DNA of 64,000 nucleotides from Cenarchaeum sp. (GTDB taxonomy: Archaea; Thermoproteota; Nitrososphaeria; Nitrososphaerales; Nitrosopumilaceae). Under the pieces are notes generated by a model. It saw nothing but the letters and a program-made list of their open reading frames with translations. It searched no databases and was not told where the DNA came from. Below are positions 1 through 8,194 of this stretch, piece after piece. The translations under genes were made by a program, and so were the position numbers. The stretch covers positions 512,001 to 576,000 of the forward strand of contig OZ242221.1 of assembly GCA_965206845.1 (NCBI GenBank), read 5' to 3'. Position 1 is the stretch's first letter; each line of letters begins with the position of its first letter.

Positions 1-1954
1 TCTTGATCAGTCGCGACTCGGGCGAGTACCCATCCAGATAGAACGGGCCGTTGCTGATTACCGCATGGTCGCTCTCCTGAATCCACCTTATGGCAGCGTC
101 GTACCTGGCTGCTGCGTATTCGGCGCCTATGCGGCCTGCCAGGGCCGCCGGAATGTGGCCCGAGTCCCTAGAGTCCTCCAGGTATCCCAGGATCATCTGC
201 GTGTCGTCGGGGATCAGCAGCGAGAGCCAGCTCACATTCTTGCTGGTGGCGCCGGATCGGGAGAACGACGTCTTGCCGTCCAGTACTGCCTGCTCCATGG
301 CCACATACACCTCCCAGGGCATCGTGCTCCACAGGGAGGCCCAGTCGGCAATCTCCGAGTCGTCAAAGTGCCAGTAGTCGACGTACACCTGCACCGTGTC
401 GTGATCCAGGATCCGGACGCCCTTTAGCGTATTCACGTACTGGGACGTCCGCGGCGTAAACTCGGCATCAAACGTGCGGTCGTCACCCTCTTGGGCCGAG
501 CCCCACTCCAGCGTGAAGTACAGCCCGTACAGGATGTCGTTGATATCCATCTCCTGCCCGTGGTGCCAGTTGCTGAAGTCCAGGTCAAAGACGACGCTGC
601 TTGTGGCCTGCGAGCCTGCAGGCACGGGTTCCCAACTCTGGCTGGCGACGTTCCAGAGTATGGCATCTGCGGGAACGTCAAGGCTGCCCCCGGATCCCGC
701 GGTGTCGATATCCCAGCTGCCCCGGACCGGGACGAGCTCGCCGTTGAAGGGGTGATTGAGTGCTATGGGATCATAAAGGCTGCGCCAGATGTAGGCGCTG
801 TAGACGTCGCTGAATCCCACCACCGGATTCCACGATCCCTGGTATATCTGCTTGACGCCCACCACCAGCGAACCCGAGTCGGTTCTGGCATTGATTGGTG
901 TAAGCCTGGTGGTCACGCCGGCGCCAAAGTCGTTGATCACGCCCTCGACCCCGTCGTTGGCCACATACTGCTCGGTCCTGCTGGCAAGAAATATCCTCAC
1001 GGACTCCCTGACCCCTTCCAGTGTTGCGTCCTGTATGAGTTCTGCCCGCTCTTGGGCCGAGGTAAAGTTTCCCGCGTATATGCTCTTTGTCAGGCCGTCC
1101 AGATACTCGTTCTCATAGTTCCAGTTGCTGGGATCGTTGGAACCCGGCATGTTCGAGAACCACGGCGAGTACATCTGCCCCAGGCCCGTCGAGTCGTACT
1201 TGACAAAGGCAGAGCTGCCCCAGCCCTCGGTGTATATGTGCCACTGTAGATCCGCCGGGTTGGAGCCGTACACGACCACAAACGCCTTGTTGAGATCACC
1301 AAAATCCCTGTGTACCACAAATCCCACTGCCTTAAGCTCCGCTGCCAGTATCTCCCCTATCGACTTTCTGACCGGATCGTCGCTGCGGATGAATATGTTA
1401 ATCTCGATTGGCTGATCCTCATAGTGCCATATGCCCTCGGACTCTGTCGCGCCGTACTCCAGCAGAGCCTGCGTGATCATCTGATCCGCCAGTGCCGGGT
1501 TGTACCTGAAGCTAAAGGACTCCAGCTCCTCGATTATGTTGAGGTAGTCGGGATCGTGGGGCCCGTAAAACGAGATTTTGGACATGCCAAACCCGCCCAT
1601 GAGCTCGTTTACTATCAGATTTCTGTCCACCAGATAGTTCAGCGCAAACCGCACCTCCTGCAGATGGAACGGGTTGAACCGATCGGATACGGCGGGATTG
1701 ATCAGTATGCTGTTGGTGCCTCCCGAGGATTCGAATACCTGGATGCCGGTGCGGGACTCGGAGCTCTCTATTCTGTTCGAGGGGACTGTATAGTAGTAGA
1801 TGTCCAGGTTGCCGTTGCGCACCTCCTCTAGCGCGGTGTTCTCATCCAGATACTGGATGAATGTCACCTCGTCGACAAAGGTGCCCTTCTCTGCATATGC
1901 CGCATACGTCATGCCCAGAGACAGGGCCGCAACCAGAAAGAGCAGGGTTTTCAT
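1..1954 (-). CDS. ABC transporter peptide/nickel-type substrate-binding protein (family 5), runs off the window start
   Basis: Manual translation from ATG at 1954: MKTLLFLVAALSLGMTYAAYA (signal peptide), then EKGTFVDEVTFIQYLDENTALEEVRNGNLDIYY...NPFHLQEVRFALNYLVDR, typical of family 5 binding proteins; absent from the ORF track because it is open at the window edge. Confidence 0.85.
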   Translation of the reverse strand, partial: MKTLLFLVAALSLGMTYAAYAEKGTFVDEVTFIQYLDENTALEEVRNGNLDIYYYTVPSNRIESSESRTGIQVFESSGGTNSILINPAVSDRFNPFHLQEVRFALNYLVDRNLIVNELMGGFGMSKISFYGPHDPDYLNIIEELESFSFRYNPALADQMITQALLEYGATESEGIWHYEDQPIEINIFIRSDDPVRKSIGEILAAELKAVGFVVHRDFGDLNKAFVVVYGSNPADLQWHIYTEGWGSSAFVKYDSTGLGQMYSPWFSNMPGSNDPSNWNYENEYLDGLTKSIYAGNFTSAQERAELIQDATLEGVRESVRIFLASRTEQYVANDGVEGVINDFGAGVTTRLTPINARTDSGSLVVGVKQIYQGSWNPVVGFSDVYSAYIWRSLYDPIALNHPFNGELVPVRGSWDIDTAGSGGSLDVPADAILWNVASQSWEPVPAGSQATSSVVFDLDFSNWHHGQEMDINDILYGLYFTLEWGSAQEGDDRTFDAEFTPRTSQYVNTLKGVRILDHDTVQVYVDYWHFDDSEIADWASLWSTMPWEVYVAMEQAVLDGKTSFSRSGATSKNVSWLSLLIPDDTQMILGYLEDSRDSGHIPAALAGRIGAEYAAARYDAAIRWIQESDHAVISNGPFYLDGYSPESRLIK

Positions 1955-2180
1955 GAAATGAAGAGAGCCTGCATAAAAATAAAGGTATGCCGCCCGAACT
2001 GTGCAGCCAGCCACGATATCTGCCAAGATGCAGGCATGGGGGCATTGAGCTATCACTCTGCTGTTTTTTTAACTGCGCTGCTCAGCTGGCAGTCCTGCAG
2101 ACCAGTAGCATAACTGGGGAAGCTGTTGCCCATACGCCAACACTACTAACGGCACCCGATTGAGGCGCCACATCGTGCAG

Positions 2181-2342
2181 TCATGGTTTCATCTTACTGT
2201 ATTTGTCCCGCGCCTTTAGGTACTCCTCAAGAATTTTATGACAAGTGTCACAGATCATTATCTTCTCCCCGATCTCCTTGTCGTGGTGCACTGTAAGTGA
2301 CTTAATGCTCTTGCAGCAAGGACATATTCCCAAACCGCCCAT
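2181..2342 (-). CDS. 53-aa Zn-binding micro-protein with an HNH-like Cys/His skeleton
   Basis: MGGLGICPCCKSIKSLTVHHDKEIGEKIMICDTCHKILEEYLKARDKYSKMKP*; TATA-like TTTAAATA (2371-2364) 22-29 nt upstream of the ATG. Confidence 0.7.
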   Translation of the reverse strand: MGGLGICPCCKSIKSLTVHHDKEIGEKIMICDTCHKILEEYLKARDKYSKMKP

Positions 2343-2371
2343 AGCAGGGATATGAAATGTACTTATTTAAA

Positions 2372-2530
2372 GGGAATTATATACATGAGTGTACAGTACC
2401 CATGCCTTTTGCTGGCGCTCTTGCAACCACCCCGGCGCTTGGCTCTCGCGCCTTGTCTGGGGAGCGCCCGGGAGCAATCCCGGACTGTGGCCTCGCGCCT
2501 TCAGACGACCATCCCGGCCGCCCTGCCGCT
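2372..2530 (-). ncRNA. Predicted omega/reRNA scaffold overlapping the tnpB 3' end and the element end
   Basis: Position inferred from known TnpB biology; GC-rich segment after RuvC-III, duplicated AAGGCGCGAG, terminal hairpin CATGGGT-ACTGTAC-ACTCATG (2404-2384). Boundaries uncertain. Confidence 0.4.
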
Positions 2531-4026
2531 TTCACGGCAATATTATGCGCCGCGTTTATGTCGGCGTTGATGTCATTGTAACACTTGTCATTGGTGCAGA
2601 GGAACCTCCATTGGGAGATCCTGGATTCCTTGTCGCTGTGGCCGCACTGGTGGCATGTGATGCTGGTGCCCTTGGGGTCCACCATAATTACGGTCACGCC
2701 AGCATTGGCGCAGGCGCCCATGATCTGCCGCTGGAAAGTCCCGGGCCTTGAGTAGGCCATCTCGCGGTTGAGTCCCGTCTTGGCCGCGCTCCCCCTGCCT
2801 TTTCCCTTGACCGTCATGTTGTTTAGGTTGAGGTCCTCCATGGCCACGACGCCGGCGCCGTCCGCTATCCCCTTGGAAACGTGTCTTTCCCAGTTCGTCT
2901 GGCGGTTGACGATCTTCTCGCGTTTCTTCCCGATATTCCTCTGGAGATCCTTGTAGCTTCTTGACTTTGGCTTCCTCGGCTTGTTTTTGTTGTTACTGTT
3001 ACCGTTCCCGTTCCTGCCTTCATAGGCATCATGCCTGATGCGCCTGTTCCCGCGTCCACCGCGCTTCTTTGAGAGTTCTGAATACATCCTGGATAGGTCG
3101 TCATTCTTGGCGCGTCTGCAGTCCTTTGGGAGGTCGTGGAACGCGTGGCTGCCCGTGTCCAGATCCACTGTAGTGGCCTCGTGGATGATTCCCATGTCAA
3201 CGCCCCTGACAATTGTGGACTCGGACGGCTCTGGAGCCTTGGTTTCAACCTGGATGTGGAGCCGGTACGTCCTGTTGTGGCTCTCGGTGCGCCTCGTTGT
3301 TTTCTTGGTCGTCTCCACCAGCTGAAAGGATCGCATGTCGAGCCCCTCCACGTCGCCGTGCACCCTCACGGTGCCTATGCCAGGAAGGTGCAGCATGCCG
3401 TTGCCCTTGTATGTGGGCTTCACAAACACCGATAGAGACCGCTGCTTCCCCTTCCTCTTGAACAGGGAATCACTGTGGCGCCACCTGTTCCTCTTGTTGC
3501 TCCACTTGTTCGATGGCAAATTTTCCGCCGCGTCAATATTCTCGACACCATCCTTTTCCCTGTAGCGCCTGGCCAGGTACTTCCACAGTGACTTGTCTGC
3601 GCGCTTTTTCCCGTTGGATTTCATGAACTTCTTTACAGCGTCCAATCCTTGCAGGAGCCCTGCCCTCTGGACAAGGACGCCGCCCTTCATCCACTCCTTT
3701 TCGTTTCTCCACTTCGTGAGCATCTTGTTGAGGTCAAACTTGGTTGTCCTCGGATCGTTGATCTTCTCCCTGACGGCCATGTTGAAAGCCCACCTCTGCT
3801 GGTCCATGTGGCGGGATATGAGATCCGACAGCTCCGCCGACTGGTCAAAGTCCACCTTTATGTTGCGTATCATGGCGCCCTCCATTTGGCGCTTTGACCA
3901 CTTTTTTGGCGCCGGCCCGGTTGCAGCTGCGGCTACATCCACATTCTCCATTGTTGCCACTGTTGCAGCCGGCGCGATTGCCGTTGCCATGGCGTGTCTT
4001 GCCATGCGTTTAATATTAAACATCAC
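2377..4026 (-). CDS. tnpB: TnpB-like RNA-guided endonuclease (RuvC + Zn ribbon), up to 549 aa; true start may be ATG 4005 or 3990
   Basis: RuvC-I RGVDMG, RuvC-II VAMEDL, TSITCHQCG...FLCTNDKC Zn finger, RuvC-III NADINAAHNI; N-terminal RWAFN helix motif and LHLPGIGTV wedge motif; stop codon lies inside the TIR. Confidence 0.9.
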   Translation of the reverse strand: MMFNIKRMARHAMATAIAPAATVATMENVDVAAAATGPAPKKWSKRQMEGAMIRNIKVDFDQSAELSDLISRHMDQQRWAFNMAVREKINDPRTTKFDLNKMLTKWRNEKEWMKGGVLVQRAGLLQGLDAVKKFMKSNGKKRADKSLWKYLARRYREKDGVENIDAAENLPSNKWSNKRNRWRHSDSLFKRKGKQRSLSVFVKPTYKGNGMLHLPGIGTVRVHGDVEGLDMRSFQLVETTKKTTRRTESHNRTYRLHIQVETKAPEPSESTIVRGVDMGIIHEATTVDLDTGSHAFHDLPKDCRRAKNDDLSRMYSELSKKRGGRGNRRIRHDAYEGRNGNGNSNNKNKPRKPKSRSYKDLQRNIGKKREKIVNRQTNWERHVSKGIADGAGVVAMEDLNLNNMTVKGKGRGSAAKTGLNREMAYSRPGTFQRQIMGACANAGVTVIMVDPKGTSITCHQCGHSDKESRISQWRFLCTNDKCYNDINADINAAHNIAVKAAGRPGWSSEGARPQSGIAPGRSPDKAREPSAGVVARAPAKGMGTVHSCI

Positions 4027-4236
4027 ATAAAAGCCGGCGGCCGTACCATGCGGGCAGTGCCGGCCGGCGTCGTAAAACCTGGAACAATCGCCGGCCAGTT
4101 AGGAACCTGGAAGACCGGTCTGCCGGACAGCATGATCTGCCTGAACGGGAAGCCCCGGCCATGCAACAGCGCCGGCAGTTCACTTAACTATATAATTCCC
4201 TATTTAAACAGGAAAGGTAGGTGAGTCTGGCCACTG

Positions 4237-5157
4237 CTAGGGGGATCCTCTCAGGGATGCCAGAAGCGCCTTTTGCGTGTGGAGCCGGTTCTCCGCCTCA
4301 TCCCACACCGCAGACTGTGGTCCGTCAATTACCGATGCAGTAACCTCTTGTCCGCGCTTTGCAGGAAGGCAGTGCATGAATATCGCATCCGGTTTTGCCT
4401 CCCCCATCAGTGCGGAGTTTACCTGGAACTTTGGAAGGAATCTTTTGATCTTTGATGGGTCCATGTTGTGAATGGATGAAAAGGTGTCAGTCATCACCAC
4501 ATCCGCATCCTTTGCTGCGGTGGCAGGACTTGTGACCAGCTGCACATCGGTTATCCGAGCCGAGTCTTCCACCACCTTCGGGTCGGGCCGAAACTCCTCC
4601 GGCGTGGCAACGGAGATGCCCATGCCGGTGCCGGCGCAACCCAGTATCAGTGAGTTACACACGTTGTTGCCGTCCCCGATCCAGGCAACCTTCAGGCCTG
4701 CAAGGTTCTTCTTCCTCTCCTTGATGGTCATCAGATCCGCCAGGGTCTGGCACGGGTGAAACGAGTTAGACAGTCCGTTGATTACCGGGACGCGCGCGGC
4801 AGCCGCCAGGTCCTCCACCATTTCGTGGTCAAAGACCCGAGCCATGATATAGTCCACATATCCAGAGAGCGTCCTTGCGGTGTCTCCGATCGTCTCCCCC
4901 CGCGATAGCTGCATATCGTTTGATGAGAGCACCACCGCGCTACCTCCCAGCTGGTACATTCCCACCTCAAAGCTCACACGTGTCCTGGTTGATGGTTTTT
5001 GAAATATCATTGCAAGTGTCTTGTTCTTCAAAAGCGGTTTTGATACGCCGCTCTTTAGATCCTTCTTGAGGCCTGTAGCGAGATCAATTAGGGAGCCAAT
5101 CTCGTCTGGGGAGATTTCGTCAAACCGAAGAAAGTCCTTTGTTTGTAGGCTCATCAT
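4237..5157 (-). CDS. argF: Ornithine carbamoyltransferase
   Basis: STRTR, HPCQ and FMHCLP motifs. Confidence 0.95.
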   Translation of the reverse strand: MMSLQTKDFLRFDEISPDEIGSLIDLATGLKKDLKSGVSKPLLKNKTLAMIFQKPSTRTRVSFEVGMYQLGGSAVVLSSNDMQLSRGETIGDTARTLSGYVDYIMARVFDHEMVEDLAAAARVPVINGLSNSFHPCQTLADLMTIKERKKNLAGLKVAWIGDGNNVCNSLILGCAGTGMGISVATPEEFRPDPKVVEDSARITDVQLVTSPATAAKDADVVMTDTFSSIHNMDPSKIKRFLPKFQVNSALMGEAKPDAIFMHCLPAKRGQEVTASVIDGPQSAVWDEAENRLHTQKALLASLRGSP

Positions 5158-6794
5158 CTAAACCTTCCAAAGAGTCCCTTTTTCTTTTTTGCCTTTTCTG
5201 GCTCCTTCAGATCGTCCTTTTGTGGCTCTTCCGTTGAGGATTCCTTCAGATCGACATTTTGTGGTTTTGGCGCCTCGTCTGGAGCGGGCCTGTTGTCTGA
5301 TATCCACCTTCTGACCTTGTCTGCAAGCAGGGCGGCCCGGCGGTCATCCTCTGGTGGGGCGACATCGTAAAGATCAGAGTACAGGACAATGTCTGCGGTG
5401 TTGATTCCCTCAAAGGGATCGCCCTCTGATTCTGCGGCTTTCTGTTTTTTGGGCTCTGTCTCTTCTCGCACCTGCGGGGATTCTGCAACAGTCTGCTCCC
5501 GGGTCTCCGCCTCGGCTGCCTTCGGTATGCCGCCGATCTCGCCCACAAGCCCGTCTTTGGTATCCGGCTTCTCTGCAGTCGGCTCCTCTGTGGGTTCCGC
5601 CATGGATTCTGGTTCTGCTTCGGTGTCCGGCTCTTCTGGAGTGTCAGGCGCCTCTGGAGCAGTCGGCTCCTCTGGGGGCTCTGCCATGGGCTCTGGCTCC
5701 ACTTTGGTAGCCGGCGTCTCTGCGGCGATCGGCTCTTCTGGAGATCCTGCCTCGGGTTCTGGCACATTCCCGGCATCCGGCTCTGCGGCAGGCTCCTGTC
5801 TGGCCTCCTCACCTGGGGCCGGTTCCATGGCATCTCCCGCACCGGCAGGCGCCCTCTCAGGCAGCGCGGCCTCCAGATCCACCCCGTCCAGTGAGCCAAA
5901 CACCGTCTTTAGAAAGACGTCCTTGTCAAAGGGCGCAAGGTCGCCGTACTCCTGGCCCACGCCCACAAAGATCACCGGCGTCGAGGTAACCTTGACGATG
6001 GAGAGCGCAGCTCCCCCGCGGGCGTCCGCGTCGCTCTTTGTCAGAATGGACGCGTTAAACTTTACATGGTTGTGAAACTCCCGGGCCTGGTTTACCGTGT
6101 CGTTGCCTGCCAGTGAGTCGCCGACGAATACCGTCAGGTCTGGCCTCACCACGTTGGTTATCTTTACAATCTGCTCCATCAGGTTCTTGCTGGTCTGCAT
6201 CCTTCCCGCGGTGTCGATCAGAATGCAGTCGATCTTGTGGGATCTCGCATACAGCACGGCGTCCCGGGCCACCGCCGCGGGATCCGCCCCGTAGTTCTGC
6301 GCGATAATCTTGAGGTGCAGCCGGTTCATGTGCTCCTTTATCTGCTCGATGGCGCCGGCCCTGAAGGTGTCCGAGGCCGCCACAGCAACAGAGAGCTTGG
6401 AGTTCTTCAGCAGGTGCGCAACCTTGGCCACCGTGGTGGTCTTTCCCGTCCCGTTGATTCCCACAAACAGTATGATGTAGGGATCCGGCGACTCCTTCTT
6501 TGCCCGGATCTCTTCCAGCACGTCCACCGTGCCCGCATCATCAAACATCCCGGATATGAGTCGGATCAGTCCGCTCCTGACAAATGCAGACACCTCGGAT
6601 TTGTCGACCCTGGAACTCACCAGCCTACCCTTGAGGTCGTCCTTGATGGAGTTGATGACCTCAGATGCCACGTCGGATTCCAGCAGGGAGACCTCCAGAT
6701 CAAACAGCACGCCGTCGATGTCATCTTCGTTTAGCTCCTTCTCGCCCAAGTTCTTTGCGACATTTGAAAACGCGGTTCGAAGCTTGTCAAACAT
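5154..6794 (-). CDS. ftsY: SRP receptor FtsY with long acidic Pro/Glu-rich C-terminal extension
   Basis: GINGTGKTT, DTFRAGA, DTAGR, TKSD, GVGQ motifs of the NG domain. Confidence 0.95.
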   Translation of the reverse strand: MFDKLRTAFSNVAKNLGEKELNEDDIDGVLFDLEVSLLESDVASEVINSIKDDLKGRLVSSRVDKSEVSAFVRSGLIRLISGMFDDAGTVDVLEEIRAKKESPDPYIILFVGINGTGKTTTVAKVAHLLKNSKLSVAVAASDTFRAGAIEQIKEHMNRLHLKIIAQNYGADPAAVARDAVLYARSHKIDCILIDTAGRMQTSKNLMEQIVKITNVVRPDLTVFVGDSLAGNDTVNQAREFHNHVKFNASILTKSDADARGGAALSIVKVTSTPVIFVGVGQEYGDLAPFDKDVFLKTVFGSLDGVDLEAALPERAPAGAGDAMEPAPGEEARQEPAAEPDAGNVPEPEAGSPEEPIAAETPATKVEPEPMAEPPEEPTAPEAPDTPEEPDTEAEPESMAEPTEEPTAEKPDTKDGLVGEIGGIPKAAEAETREQTVAESPQVREETEPKKQKAAESEGDPFEGINTADIVLYSDLYDVAPPEDDRRAALLADKVRRWISDNRPAPDEAPKPQNVDLKESSTEEPQKDDLKEPEKAKKKKGLFGRFR

Positions 6795-6802
6795 CGCGGA
6801 TC

Positions 6803-7222
6803 TTATTTTTGTGCGGGCTGGATCATCCGGGTCATCTGCTGCCTGGTACTCTCCAGCTGCTCTCCGATCTGCTGCCTTCTTGCGGACACATCCCTCAGGC
6901 CCGCATCGATCTCCTTTAGCCGCGCTTCAAGATAATTCAGAGTGTACGCAGAGTCCTTCTCCAGCACAACGCCGGCGCCCACATTCAGAACCAGCTTGTC
7001 GGCAGGCGAGATCTTTGCCTTCACAAAGGTCCCCTGCCCCACAGGCAGCAGGGTCTCCGTCTCCGCCTCGCCGCTTATCGCCCTTACCGCCTCGATGGCA
7101 GCTGCAGTGTCACGGATGATGCCGTACATGGACTCCTCTCGCTGCACCAGCTCTGCGTAGTAGCCTTCCAGCATCTGTGCCTGCTGCAGCATCTTTTGAA
7201 CATCTTCCTCACTCATTAACAC
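6803..7222 (-). CDS. pfdA: Prefoldin alpha subunit
   Basis: Coiled coils flanking ETLLPVGQGTFV...LVLNVGAGVVLEK; upstream of ftsY as is common in archaea. Confidence 0.9.
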   Translation of the reverse strand: MLMSEEDVQKMLQQAQMLEGYYAELVQREESMYGIIRDTAAAIEAVRAISGEAETETLLPVGQGTFVKAKISPADKLVLNVGAGVVLEKDSAYTLNYLEARLKEIDAGLRDVSARRQQIGEQLESTRQQMTRMIQPAQK

Positions 7223-7467
7223 AGGAGGCCATTCTGTGTGTTATAAATTCACTTGTGGATGCGGCAAGCATACCTCCGTGGGCCACGATTGAAGGGGCGC
7301 GTATCGTGGCAGAGTGCAGGGTCTGTGGAGGCGGCTCCCACGGTTGGCATGGGCGCATCCGCAGGATGGCGCTGCGCCAGGCGACGCAAGGACTCCGGTT
7401 GGCCATGACGGCCATGCGGCCCTGGCAGGCCGGAGTTTTGCCTCCTAGCGATCCGCAGGTATGGCGC

Positions 7468-7490
7468 AGAAAAATAAAAAAGAAAGAAGG
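7468..7490 (-). terminator. T-rich archaeal terminator after sod
   Basis: Minus strand reads CCTTCTTTCTTTTTTATTTTTCT immediately after the sod stop. Confidence 0.55.
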
Positions 7491-7494
7491 GGAG

Positions 7495-8115
7495 CTACTG
7501 TGCCCTTGACAGCCTGTCGTCAACCTCGTCCCAGTTGACGACGTTCCACCATGCGGCTATGTATGCAGGTCTCCTGTTCTGGTAGTTCAGGTAGTATGCG
7601 TGTTCCCACACGTCGCATCCAAGCAGGGGAACGAGCCCCTCGGTTCTTGGACTTGTCTGGTTGGGCATCGCCTTATACTCCACGCTGCTGGATGACGGGT
7701 TGTAGACCAGCCATCCCCAGCCGCTGCCTTGGATGACTGCGGTGGTCGAGGAGAACTTTTCCTTAAAGTCGGCAAAGCCCCCAAAGGACGAATCGATGGC
7801 ATCTGCCAGCGCGCCTCCGGGCTCACCGCCTCCTGCAGGACTCATGTTGTTCCAGAATAGTCGGTGGTTGTCAAAACCGCCGCCGTTGAAGTTGATTGCG
7901 CCTCTTTGACCCTCGGGCACCGTACCGAGATCGGCCAGGATCTCAAGAATGTCCATGCTTTGAACGCTCTCGGGGCACTGAGACAGTGCGGCGTTCAGCT
8001 TGTCGGTATACGTCTGGTGGTGCTTTGTGTGGTGAATCTCCATGGTTCTGGCGTCGATGTGAGGTGCCAGCGCGTCGTATGCGTAGGGCAGTTTTGGAAG
8101 TGTATAGTCACTCAT
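7495..8115 (-). CDS. sod: Fe/Mn superoxide dismutase
   Basis: HHTKHH, GSGWGWL, DVWEHAYY. Confidence 0.97.
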   Translation of the reverse strand: MSDYTLPKLPYAYDALAPHIDARTMEIHHTKHHQTYTDKLNAALSQCPESVQSMDILEILADLGTVPEGQRGAINFNGGGFDNHRLFWNNMSPAGGGEPGGALADAIDSSFGGFADFKEKFSSTTAVIQGSGWGWLVYNPSSSSVEYKAMPNQTSPRTEGLVPLLGCDVWEHAYYLNYQNRRPAYIAAWWNVVNWDEVDDRLSRAQ

Positions 8116-8194
8116 AGGTTATGCTCGATTCTCATTCAATTTATTGTTTGTTCAAACAAAGTTGATTTTTACTAGAGAACGACACCGGTAGGGT

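Larger units (their letters stand above)
2372..4200. mobile_element. Non-autonomous TIR element carrying tnpB; IS1595-family (ISNwi1-like) ends; 8-bp TSD
   Basis: TIR 2372-2396 GGGAATTATATACATGAGTGTACAG vs reverse complement of 4176-4200 GGGAATTATATAGTTAAGTGAACTG (20/25, first 12 identical); identical TATTTAAA at 2364-2371 and 4201-4208; no transposase inside. Confidence 0.85.

Noticed and set aside
65-1831. Multiple plus-strand ORFs at the window start, and similar shadow ORFs throughout
   Set aside because: Antisense shadows of GC-rich genuine genes with no recognisable motifs
2377-4026. TnpB-like ORF as a Cas12f CRISPR effector
   Set aside because: No repeat-spacer array or cas1/cas2/cas4 nearby; the gene is enclosed by transposon ends
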